This document shows positions 27,755-35,574 of a stretch of DNA of 64,000 nt, in pieces. The notes under the pieces are model-generated. The model was given only the letters and a program-made list of their open reading frames with translations, was not told the DNA's origin and did no database searches. Made by a program: the position numbers and the translations under genes. How positions within the stretch are numbered: the first letter of the stretch is position 1; every line of letters starts with the position of its first letter. This stretch comes from Candidatus Omnitrophota bacterium (GTDB lineage Bacteria; Omnitrophota; Gorgyraeia; Gygaellales; Profunditerraquicolaceae): assembly GCA_026387335.1 (NCBI GenBank), contig JAPLLX010000004.1:189485-253484 (forward strand), written 5' to 3'.

Positions 27755-28619
27755 CTTCGGTCTTTCTTAAGGTATTATCGGTTAAGGTCTTCTGTTCATA
27801 ATCCTGCTGTAACCCCATAGCTTTTAAGCCGCCAAAACTAAAGAGCTGCTCTAATGCCGGGAAATTATATGTGTGGTTTACGCTATCTGTTTCCTGATAA
27901 TTGGCGCAATACCAGGGAATGTTCATTGGTTGAGCGCAGGCGCTGCAGCTTGCTGAAGGGTCCCGGCTGCATTCTTTTACGCAGGCATCCGAATCCACAA
28001 TCATCCGGCACTGTTTAACCGCGCTGCCATAATCTACGATTTCTCCGGCGCAGGAATCAATGATACGGATATTTTTACTAGGTTGGGAGCAGATGGTGTC
28101 TTCCGGTTCTCCGGTATTAGGATTAATTGACGTATTCTCTTCTCCTAAACACTCTCCGTCACCTGTATTCCAGACATTTCCGCCGCCGTAGATCACTTGA
28201 TACCTGCCTAAGCTGCCTTCCGGGACATTAGTTTCATCCCTAAACCCGGCAGTGGTATAGGTAAATTCCTTGCCGTTGATATTTACCGTTACCCGGGGTA
28301 ATTCGCTCTCCGTATCAGCGGTTTCGCCTAATCTATAGTCGCGGGCAATGCCTCCGGCTGAGCCGGTCATCGGAGTAACCGAACCTACGCCAAAAGTATC
28401 GGAAGGATTAGGGATATGTTTATCGCTGATTACTATATTAGAAATAGAGGTGCCCGGCTGGTTTACTGCGTGGGTTAAAGACTTCCTAAATGCCTGCTGC
28501 ATCATTTTCTGCTGGTAATTATACCTTAAGCCGTAACTAATAAGAACACCTAAAAGCATAATGATTATTGCCCCAAAAATCGCTACTTCTAATAAAGATT
28601 CTCCCTCTTTTTTCATCAT
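27591..28619 (-). CDS. TadE/TadF-like pseudopilin (342 aa)
   Basis: MMKKEGESLLEVAIFGAIIIMLLGVLISYG... N-terminal pilin-like segment followed by a Cys-containing globular domain. Confidence 0.55.
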   Translation of the reverse strand: MMKKEGESLLEVAIFGAIIIMLLGVLISYGLRYNYQQKMMQQAFRKSLTHAVNQPGTSISNIVISDKHIPNPSDTFGVGSVTPMTGSAGGIARDYRLGETADTESELPRVTVNINGKEFTYTTAGFRDETNVPEGSLGRYQVIYGGGNVWNTGDGECLGEENTSINPNTGEPEDTICSQPSKNIRIIDSCAGEIVDYGSAVKQCRMIVDSDACVKECSRDPSASCSACAQPMNIPWYCANYQETDSVNHTYNFPALEQLFSFGGLKAMGLQQDYEQKTLTDNTLRKTEDASGITTTDNIDWKTQTKRKIITKPYGSTSAATNTEEVVSEVSQEKVDSRNSGW

Positions 28620-28927
28620 TCCTCCGGCGAGATATGCTCGGTTCCGGAACGGTGCTCTTCCTGAGAATTAATATCAGTAGTTGTTGTAGTTTTATATCTA
28701 TCGTCCACCTCAACAGTATTAGTCTGCGTAGTTATATCGCTTTTCTGCGTAATGGTAATATCTGAAACCGTATTTTTAGGTTCATAATGCTGCGCGCTTA
28801 ACTCATCCGCGCCCTGGCGCAACCTTCCCTGAAGGCCCCGGCGGATATAAACCTGCATTGCCAATAACGCGGCAATAATAGCAAATATGACTATGGCGTA
28901 TTCCAGGACACTTTGGGCTTTGCGCAT
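28616..28927 (-). CDS. Flp-type pilin paralog with Thr-rich C-terminal extension
   Basis: MRKAQSVLEYAIVIFAIIAALLAM...TTTTDINSQ. Confidence 0.65.
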   Translation of the reverse strand: MRKAQSVLEYAIVIFAIIAALLAMQVYIRRGLQGRLRQGADELSAQHYEPKNTVSDITITQKSDITTQTNTVEVDDRYKTTTTTDINSQEEHRSGTEHISPEE

Positions 28928-28928
28928 T

Positions 28929-29255
28929 TTATTTCTCCCGGGTGGAAACTGAAGCCGAGCTTCCGCTGCCTGTAGTAACCGCGCTGAAATCGCTACTCTG
29001 GCCGCCGCCCTTTTCTATTCTCTTCCTCTGGGTTATCTCTGACTGCCGGCTCACCGCCGAAGAGGTCTTAATCCCTTTAAGCGGGTCTATTTCTTCAGCA
29101 TCTTTTTGGTTGCCTGCTTCATCTGCTGCTATCTTGACCACGGATTGTATCCCCCGGCGAAAATACATGGCCATACCTGCTAAAGCCAGGGCTACCAAAC
29201 CCAATACTATGGCATATTCTAAAATACTCTGGGCTTTGCGCATTTTAATCCGCAT
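28929..29255 (-). CDS. Flp-type pilin paralog
   Basis: MRKAQSILEYAIVLGLVALALAGMAMYF... Confidence 0.65.
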   Translation of the reverse strand: MRIKMRKAQSILEYAIVLGLVALALAGMAMYFRRGIQSVVKIAADEAGNQKDAEEIDPLKGIKTSSAVSRQSEITQRKRIEKGGGQSSDFSAVTTGSGSSASVSTREK

Positions 29256-29592
29256 CCGGCGCTGAGCCGGTCTTTTCCCATCCGCTACGGGTAGTTGTCT
29301 GGTCTATGGATGTATCCGGAAAGCCTGTAGCAGAGGACCCGCTTTTAACCTCAATAGTATCTGACTCCCGGTAATAAGGATCATATTGTTGTTTGATCTT
29401 CGTAAAATTAGGAACACCTTTATCTATAGCAGTATTTTTTATCTCGGAGATCAAATAATCTGCGCCCCCTTTATATCTAGCCTGGAGGCTGCGTTGGATA
29501 TAGATACGCACGGTCATAATTATCGCTACTACCGCAGCCAAACACAAAGCAACTTCCGTTAAACTCTGCCCCCGAGTTTTTACTCTGCGCAT
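29245..29592 (-). CDS. Flp-type pilin paralog
   Basis: ...RGQSLTEVALCLAAVVAIIMTV... Confidence 0.55.
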   Translation of the reverse strand: MRRVKTRGQSLTEVALCLAAVVAIIMTVRIYIQRSLQARYKGGADYLISEIKNTAIDKGVPNFTKIKQQYDPYYRESDTIEVKSGSSATGFPDTSIDQTTTRSGWEKTGSAPDAD

Positions 29593-29598
29593 TTTTTA

Positions 29599-29910
29599 CT
29601 ATTTCGCTTCAGTATTCCAGGTTTCGTTTTCTGACCTGGTCACTGTTTCCCCTTGGGATACCTGGCTGGTAGTGCTTCCGGTAGAGGTATCTCGTGTCTC
29701 AGTAGTTACAGTAGTGCCGCCACCCACTGTCGTACGGGTAGAATTAAAATTTGAAGCATCAAACTGCTTGCCGATCTGGTCGCTAGACTCCCTTAGCCTT
29801 CCCTGGACCCCTCTTTTCATATAAGCATTTATTGCCAATAAGGCGCCGATTACTGCCGCGATAACCAAGGCGTATTCCAAGGTGCTTTGGGCTCTTTTTC
29901 CCCTAAACAT
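29599..29910 (-). CDS. Flp-type pilin paralog with Thr/Ser/Gly-rich C-terminal region
   Basis: MFRGKRAQSTLEYALVIAAVIGALLAINAY...GGGTTVTTETRDTSTGSTTSQ. Confidence 0.65.
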   Translation of the reverse strand: MFRGKRAQSTLEYALVIAAVIGALLAINAYMKRGVQGRLRESSDQIGKQFDASNFNSTRTTVGGGTTVTTETRDTSTGSTTSQVSQGETVTRSENETWNTEAK

Positions 29911-29934
29911 TGTTCACCCCCTGCTCGCTAAATT

Positions 29935-30321
29935 TTATTTACTTGGGCTTATGTCCTCTTCCGCGCCGGTGATCTGCTGGGTGCCGGTGCGCTTAATGGT
30001 TGCGCCGCTGACTTCTTTTTTACCGCCGGTGCTGGAAGCTGTTTCTGTTTCTGTCCCTTCGCTGGACTCAGTATTAAATTGATATTCGCCTTTTCTGATA
30101 TAGTATGGCTCATATTGTTTTTCCGTGCCGAATAAAGTCGCGGTTTTAGCTTCGGCCTCTGTTCCCTGCAAGGCTACAGTAGCCGCATTGTCTGAGCCGG
30201 ACTTTATCTTAGCCTGCATGGACCTGCGCATATAAATCTGCATGGCGCTGAAAACACCGATAACCACCGCGATTAAAAGCGCGTATTCCATAGTACTCTG
30301 GGCTCTTTTCCCCCTTAACAT
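29935..30321 (-). CDS. Flp-type pilin paralog
   Basis: MLRGKRAQSTMEYALLIAVVIGVFSAMQIYMRR... Confidence 0.65.
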   Translation of the reverse strand: MLRGKRAQSTMEYALLIAVVIGVFSAMQIYMRRSMQAKIKSGSDNAATVALQGTEAEAKTATLFGTEKQYEPYYIRKGEYQFNTESSEGTETETASSTGGKKEVSGATIKRTGTQQITGAEEDISPSK

Positions 30322-30343
30322 CTTTCACCTCCCTTAAAAACTA

Positions 30344-30580
30344 TCACTTCGCTTGGGTAAAATTACTGCTGGCGTCGGTGATCTTGGTCGCCGAAGAATC
30401 CATCACCTTTTCTACCGCCGGTTTTAATTTAGCGTAAGCGAAAACAATGATTGCCCCGACAATAGCCGCAAATACCGCGATATATTCTAATGTGCTTTGG
30501 GCCTTATTTCTCCGCGACATCTTTCTACCTCCTTGATTATTTATTGGTAACAACCGGTTGAGCATTGATCTGGTCTTCAA
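30344..30580 (-). CDS. Flp-type pilin paralog; the true start is probably the internal M (MSRRNKAQSTLEY...) at about 30520, which follows a GGAGG
   Basis: ...NKAQSTLEYIAVFAAIVGAIIVFAY... The track ORF overlaps the next pilin gene. Confidence 0.6.
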   Translation of the reverse strand: MKTRSMLNRLLPINNQGGRKMSRRNKAQSTLEYIAVFAAIVGAIIVFAYAKLKPAVEKVMDSSATKITDASSNFTQAK

Positions 30581-30695
30581 TTATTTTAAGGTTGGCCTGG
30601 GCCGAGCGCTGCACATAGATGCTCATCGCCGCCAGTGCCGCCACCACTACGGAAATAATCAATGCGTATTCTAAAATACTCTGCGCCTTTTTCAT
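30537..30695 (-). CDS. flp: Flp-type pilin (52 aa), MKKAQSILEYALIISVVVAALAAMSIYVQRSAQANLKIIEDQINAQPVVTNK; candidate major pilin
   Basis: Unlisted small ORF found by manual translation. Canonical short Flp architecture. Confidence 0.7.
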   Translation of the reverse strand: MKKAQSILEYALIISVVVAALAAMSIYVQRSAQANLKIIEDQINAQPVVTNK

Positions 30696-30711
30696 CTCTA
30701 TACCTTCTCGC

Positions 30712-30885
30712 TTATTTAGTTATCTGCGTCGCTGCTTTCTGGAAAAGGCCTTCTTTTTCACTTGAGCCCTGGATCGCCTCTTTAACCTTAGGCAAAAAAG
30801 TGCTGAAAGATAAAATCGTTAAACACGCTATTATGGCGAATAAAATGAAGTATTCTACCGCAGCCTGCCCCGTAGCCATACGCAT
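30712..30885 (-). CDS. flp: Flp-type pilin (57 aa), MRMATGQAAVEYFILFAIIACLTILSFSTFLPKVKEAIQGSSEKEGLFQKAATQITK
   Basis: Unlisted. G/QAAVEY motif. RBS ggaggtatcaggATG, partly within a cctgata/tatcagg hairpin. Confidence 0.6.
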   Translation of the reverse strand: MRMATGQAAVEYFILFAIIACLTILSFSTFLPKVKEAIQGSSEKEGLFQKAATQITK

Positions 30886-31002
30886 CCTGATACCTCCATA
30901 TCAGGGTTAACCCCTGCCGTCATTATTTAAGCGTTATATTTAAATAATATCACCTTGCCCAACAAGCGTCAAGACTATTAAAACCTGCACGGAAAACGCT
31001 TT

Positions 31003-32883
31003 CTATTCAGTAGTCAGATATAACTTGTGCCCGCTGGATAAAACAACCTCTTTCTCGTTTATCCGGCGGCATAAATAGCTTAAGTCTTTGTCAAAAGCAT
31101 ACGCCGGAGGTAGGACAAATTTCATTAAACAGCTTCTTTTCTTTCGGGTTGGTTCCGCGATCAAATTATAGAACCGTTCTCTGGTGGCTGTAAACTCCTT
31201 ATCTTCATATCCTGAGGGCAATAGATGCCAGCGCACATAGGCATCTATTGCCGCCAGGTAGCTGGCGAACAAGTCTTTAACCGTTGAAACCTGAGCCAGC
31301 CCTAAGTTTATATTTTCCGCGCTAAAATAACGCTGGGAATTGGCAGTATAAGTAAAAAGCTCTATTTTACGGCTGTAATCCTGAAAGGCCTCTTCCAGAT
31401 TAGGCCAATGATTAAAATATAGAGCAACCAGCTCTTCGGCCTTTTTAGTCCCGACGCTAAAATTGCTTAATAAGACCAAGCGGGTTTTTTCAGTAAGGCT
31501 TGTTTTTAGAACGCAGCCGTTAAGGACTATCTGTTTAGCTTTAGTGGGTTGCCTTAACTCCATCTCTATATCGGCGATATAAAGATCTTTATTCTGCTCC
31601 TCCAGGCGAAAGAGTCTAAACTCGCCTAGATTCTTGACTCTGCGGCATTCGGTAAATTGCCAGGGCCAGACGCCGAAAACAAAAAAACGTTTTTTAGCCT
31701 GATTTACCGGCAAAACCTCTAACTCTTCAAATTTGTTTCCCGAAATCACCAGGTTAGTGATCGCATTCCCTCGACCATCCAGCGCTTCCAAAAGATTAAA
31801 GAATTCCTGCGAAGGCATATCATATCCGGGGGCGTTAAAAATTACCAGAGGATAATCTTCGTTGAAATATTGGTTGATATACTTTTTTAGGTTATGGATA
31901 GGAGAGGCAAAATCATACGGGATGTGCGGGGAAGACCAGACCGAATACATTGAGGCATCCAGATAGAGATTGGCTCCGTCGGAGAGGATGACCTTGACGC
32001 ATCTGGCCTCTTGTAAGCTTGAGGCGATGATCCGGGAAATATCCAGATTAATGACTTTGATATTCTCTATCTTTTCTAAATAACCGGATAATTTATCTAT
32101 AAATGCTTTTTCGGCTTTTTCCTGAAACAAGGGCAGATAAATGAGGTTTTCCACTAAATCTTCCAGATTGCCTGGCGCATCAGGAAGCCGGCTTTTAATT
32201 GCTGCGGCAATGAGTTTGCTTGCGCCTATAATATAGTCTGCCGCCTCCAGCAATATAATTCCGCTGTCTTCTATTTGATGAAATTTTTCAACATTGGCTA
32301 CTGGATGGGCTGTTGCTTCTACTTGCGCTTTCCTCTCTTCCTCTTCCCGAGCCTTGCTTAATTCTTCTTCTTTAGCTTTTCGCTCTGCTTCTTCCCGGGA
32401 TTCTTTAGCTAATCTTTCCTCTTCAGCAATCCTCGCCCATTTCTCTTCTTCAATCTTTCTGGCTACTTCTTCCTCGGATTTGAGTTTTTCTTCTTGCGCC
32501 AAAAGCTCTTCTTGTTCTTTTTTGACTACTTCCTCTCTAGCCTTTTTTTCAGTTTCTTCTTTTACTTTCCTCTCTTCTTCTTCCCGAGCTTTTTCCTCTT
32601 CTTCCTGGCCTGTTCTCTCTACTTGCCGGACAGATGCATCCTCAAGCAGAATAGGTAAATTAGGCATAGCAATATGGCGCCTCTTCTTTTTAGGAGTCCT
32701 ACCTACGGGCGCGCTTAACCCGGCTTCTTTTATAATCATATTGATGCTGGATTTAGATAGTTCTATCTTGAAATTATCCAAAACAAGCGCGGTCAACTTA
32801 CGGCAGCTTAAGGAAGGGCTATTGTTCTTTTGCTCTAGAATAAAATCTCTTACTTCCGGTTTAATTTTGTAAATTACACCCAT
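31003..32883 (-). CDS. Hypothetical protein: N-terminal transposase-like HTH, long E/K/R-rich coiled-coil segment, large C-terminal domain of unknown function
   Basis: MGVIYKIKPEVRDFILEQKNNSPSLSCRKLTALVLDNFKIELSKSSINMIIKEAGL (HTH), then about 120 aa of EEERKAKEE repeats, then roughly 400 aa with no family recognisable by eye. Confidence 0.5.
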   Translation of the reverse strand: MGVIYKIKPEVRDFILEQKNNSPSLSCRKLTALVLDNFKIELSKSSINMIIKEAGLSAPVGRTPKKKRRHIAMPNLPILLEDASVRQVERTGQEEEEKAREEEERKVKEETEKKAREEVVKKEQEELLAQEEKLKSEEEVARKIEEEKWARIAEEERLAKESREEAERKAKEEELSKAREEEERKAQVEATAHPVANVEKFHQIEDSGIILLEAADYIIGASKLIAAAIKSRLPDAPGNLEDLVENLIYLPLFQEKAEKAFIDKLSGYLEKIENIKVINLDISRIIASSLQEARCVKVILSDGANLYLDASMYSVWSSPHIPYDFASPIHNLKKYINQYFNEDYPLVIFNAPGYDMPSQEFFNLLEALDGRGNAITNLVISGNKFEELEVLPVNQAKKRFFVFGVWPWQFTECRRVKNLGEFRLFRLEEQNKDLYIADIEMELRQPTKAKQIVLNGCVLKTSLTEKTRLVLLSNFSVGTKKAEELVALYFNHWPNLEEAFQDYSRKIELFTYTANSQRYFSAENINLGLAQVSTVKDLFASYLAAIDAYVRWHLLPSGYEDKEFTATRERFYNLIAEPTRKKRSCLMKFVLPPAYAFDKDLSYLCRRINEKEVVLSSGHKLYLTTE

Positions 32884-32888
32884 ACAAC

Positions 32889-32945
32889 CCCCAGATTGGA
32901 CATTTCCCTATACGAATAATATAGTTTATGAACCAGATTATGTCA
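32889..32945 (-). promoter_or_regulatory. Sigma70-like promoter (TTGACA-17-TATATT) for the 31003..32883 gene, with a TGGACA motif copy between -10 and the RBS
   Basis: Minus-strand read: TTGACAtaatctggttcataaacTATATTattcgtatagggaaatgtccaatctgggggttgtATG. Confidence 0.5.
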
Positions 32946-32950
32946 AGTTA

Positions 32951-32997
32951 AATAGGGACAGCGACCGTTTTTTAAACGGTCGCTGTCCCTATTAAAG
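32951..32997. repeat. Hairpin repeat family copy 1 (AATAGGGACAGCGACCGTTT-loop-AAACGGTCGCTGTCCCTATT); terminator-like, downstream of the DUF192 gene
   Basis: Perfect 20-bp stem seen in sequence. Copies 2 (33345-33410) and 3 (43186-43248) share the same stem sequence. Confidence 0.7.
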
Positions 32998-32998
32998 G

Positions 32999-33340
32999 TT
33001 ACTTTAAAATTAGTTGGTCGCCGAGGCCGGTGGAAGTGAATTTTATTGTGCCAAGGGGAAGCTCGATAACAAACCTGCTTTGCGCAGAGATAGGGCTTAA
33101 ACGAAACGGCATAAGCTTAGGAATCGCCTTAATTACTGTATTGTTTTTACTTACAAACAGGAGATCGATCGGAAAACGCATAAAACAGGTGTGCACTGAA
33201 TTACAGGGGTTCAGCACAAGGGCCTGGCCATAATGAAATTCTCTCTTGCCCAATAAACCCTTAGCCCGTTTTAAGAAAGTATCAGCCATAATGGCGTTGT
33301 CAGCCAATAGGGTTTTGCGCGTCGCGTTAAATATTTTCAT
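32999..33340 (-). CDS. DUF192 (COG1430) family protein
   Basis: ...GLLGKREFHYGQALVLNPCNSVHTCFMRFPIDLLFV..., characteristic of DUF192. Confidence 0.65.
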   Translation of the reverse strand: MKIFNATRKTLLADNAIMADTFLKRAKGLLGKREFHYGQALVLNPCNSVHTCFMRFPIDLLFVSKNNTVIKAIPKLMPFRLSPISAQSRFVIELPLGTIKFTSTGLGDQLILK

Positions 33341-33344
33341 TTTT

Positions 33345-33410
33345 ATTAGGGACAGCGACCATTTTTCCCAGTTAACCTTAGAAGAAAAATGGTCGCTGTC
33401 CCTATTTATC
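33345..33410. repeat. Hairpin repeat family copy 2 (TAGGGACAGCGACCATTTTT...AAAAATGGTCGCTGTCCCTATT, loop about 27 nt)
   Basis: Seen in sequence between the cpaEF stop and the DUF192 start. Its translation yields the DSDHF...EKWSLSLFI artefact ORFs. Confidence 0.7.
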
Positions 33411-35570
33411 CTAAGGAGCCTGGAAAATATTATCTGAAAGCTTGATGCCTTTTATTTTGATTTCTTCAATTACGGAAGGTTTATATCCGCTAGCCTGGAA
33501 GTTACCTAATACATTGCCTTGGGAGTCAATACCGGTCTGCTTAAAAACAAAGATGTCGCTTAAATTTATATGCAGTTCGTCCTTCATCCCGGTTACCTCG
33601 GTTACCTGTATAACTTTTCTTGAGCCGTCGGATAATCTGGCAGTATGAATAATCAGGTCTATTGCCGAAGCGATCATCTCCCGTATCGCTCGCATCGGCA
33701 GCTCTACCCCACCCATTAGAATCATCGAATCAAGCCGGGATAAGACATCTTGCGTGGAATTAGAGTGGATTGTGGTCATTGAACCGTCATGCCCGGTATT
33801 CATCGCCTGAAGCATATCCAGCGCTTCAATGCCGCGGCATTCGCCTATGATTATACGGTCAGGCCGCATCCTGAGCGTATTCCTGAAAAGGTCTCTTATG
33901 CTTACGCCTCCCCTGCCTTCAATATTGGGAGAACGGGACTCCAGCCTGATCCAATGGCGCTGGTCAAGTTTTAATTCCGCCGCGTCTTCTATCGTGATAA
34001 TGCGTTCGCTCTCGGGGATAAACCCGGAAAGGACGTTTAATACCGTAGTTTTTCCACTTCCTGTCCCGCCGGAGACAATTATATTTTTTCTGCAAAGGAC
34101 GCAGGCCCGGATAAATTCCGCCATATCGGAACTTAAGGCCTTAAGCTGGATTAAATCTTCAATCTTAAATTTTTCTTTCCGGAATTTCCTTATTGTCAGG
34201 CTTGGGCCGGTTAAGGCCAAAGGCGGGATTATGGCGTTGACGCGGGAACCGTCGGGAAGGCGGGCGTCCACCATCGGCACAGATTCATCTACCCTTTTAC
34301 CGATGGGAGCGATGATTCTTTCAATAATGGTTTTGACCTGATCATTGGAAATAAACTTTTTACTGGTTAACTCTATCTTACCCTTTCTCTCAATATATAT
34401 TTCATCTTTATTATTGACCATGATATCGGTAATATCCGGCATCATTAACAGGTCTTCCAACGGGCCAAACCCCAAGGCTTCATCCAGGATCTCCTTCACC
34501 AGTTTTCTGCGCACCTCCGGGGAAGAAATGAAACTTCCTGCTTCTTCTACTAAAAAGCGGCTGACCATAGCCTCGGCCCTGCTCCTTAATCCTTGCGCTT
34601 TTTTAGTATCGCTAAAAACTTTTAAATCCAGCCTCTTAATGTTCAGTTCATCTATAAGCCGGCTATGTATTTTGCTCTTAAGAATTATTATATCGTCTGC
34701 GCGCTCATCTTTGGCGGCCAGCTCTTCAATCAAAGGCTCGGTTAAGCCTTGCTCTTCCCATAATTTTGCCGGTTTTTCCAAGGCCAGCTGCTGCACGCGT
34801 AACTGGTCTATCTCCTGATTTTGGGTAAAGATATTCTTATCCTTGACCAACTGTTCGCTAAGTTTATTTATTGCCTGGCTAAATCTTGAGCGGGGAGCAT
34901 CGACTATCACGGGTATACCCCGGTTTACGGCTAGCCCGACGGCTTTGCCTTCGGAAGGGATCTGATAAAGAATATCGCAAGCTAAGTTTACCCTTATCTC
35001 CTGCCAGCTGATACTAGAGATAGATTCTGCCCTATTCAGGATTATCTTCACCATAGACAAAGGAAATTGCAGAAACTGCAGCGTATCTATGGTCCATTCG
35101 GCCTGGTATATGGAAAGTATGTCGGGGGTGACTACTAAAATAATGAGGTTGGCCTGGTTTAAGGTAGCGATGAGGACATCGCTAAAACTCTTTCCGGCAT
35201 CAACAACTATATAATCATAATCTTTTTCCAGTAAGCTAAACGCCTCTTTGACATTCTCTGGCTTAAGGTGTGGGGCCTGGGGCGGCTTGGTTATTCCGCA
35301 TAATAAATCAACCCCCGCATAACTGTGGCTCAAAAAATCATTCTTATTTGCTCCCGACGGATCTTTCCTATAAGACTGGATAAGGTCAACCATATTCTTA
35401 TCCGGTTTAATATCCAGCATGCGCGCCATATCGCCGACGGCCTGCAGATCCAAATCCACCAAGCAAACTTTTTGCGCCTGTTCTTTGGCTAAAGAAACAG
35501 CGAGGTTAGTGGCGATCAGGGTCTTGCCTACTCCGCCTTTAGTGCTGAATATTACTATTTTCCTGGACAT
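33411..35570 (-). CDS. cpaF: Fused CpaE/TadZ-like (ParA/MinD-type) domain and CpaF/TadA secretion ATPase
   Basis: N-terminal KIVIFSTKGGVGKTLIATNLAVSLA (deviant Walker A of the ParA/CpaE family). C-terminal ...IVSGGTGSGKTTVLNVL...GECRGIEALDMLQAMNTGHDGSMTTIHSNS (VirB11/CpaF ATPase). Confidence 0.8.
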   Translation of the reverse strand: MSRKIVIFSTKGGVGKTLIATNLAVSLAKEQAQKVCLVDLDLQAVGDMARMLDIKPDKNMVDLIQSYRKDPSGANKNDFLSHSYAGVDLLCGITKPPQAPHLKPENVKEAFSLLEKDYDYIVVDAGKSFSDVLIATLNQANLIILVVTPDILSIYQAEWTIDTLQFLQFPLSMVKIILNRAESISSISWQEIRVNLACDILYQIPSEGKAVGLAVNRGIPVIVDAPRSRFSQAINKLSEQLVKDKNIFTQNQEIDQLRVQQLALEKPAKLWEEQGLTEPLIEELAAKDERADDIIILKSKIHSRLIDELNIKRLDLKVFSDTKKAQGLRSRAEAMVSRFLVEEAGSFISSPEVRRKLVKEILDEALGFGPLEDLLMMPDITDIMVNNKDEIYIERKGKIELTSKKFISNDQVKTIIERIIAPIGKRVDESVPMVDARLPDGSRVNAIIPPLALTGPSLTIRKFRKEKFKIEDLIQLKALSSDMAEFIRACVLCRKNIIVSGGTGSGKTTVLNVLSGFIPESERIITIEDAAELKLDQRHWIRLESRSPNIEGRGGVSIRDLFRNTLRMRPDRIIIGECRGIEALDMLQAMNTGHDGSMTTIHSNSTQDVLSRLDSMILMGGVELPMRAIREMIASAIDLIIHTARLSDGSRKVIQVTEVTGMKDELHINLSDIFVFKQTGIDSQGNVLGNFQASGYKPSVIEEIKIKGIKLSDNIFQAP

Positions 35571-35574
35571 TTTT

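Noticed and set aside
28616-30885. Possible CRISPR-like periodicity from the repeated ~300-bp units
   Set aside because: The repeats are the conserved N-terminal coding segments of tandem pilin paralogs. Each unit carries an RBS and an ORF, with no short direct repeats or spacers.
32294-32872. Ser-rich 192-aa + strand ORF
   Set aside because: Antisense of the E/K/R-rich (GAA/GAG/AAG repeat) coiled-coil coding region of gene 31003..32883.
33246-33437. ORFs encoding ...DSDHF...EKWSLSLFI... (also 43060..43326 on the minus strand)
   Set aside because: They are translations of the hairpin repeat element, not genes.
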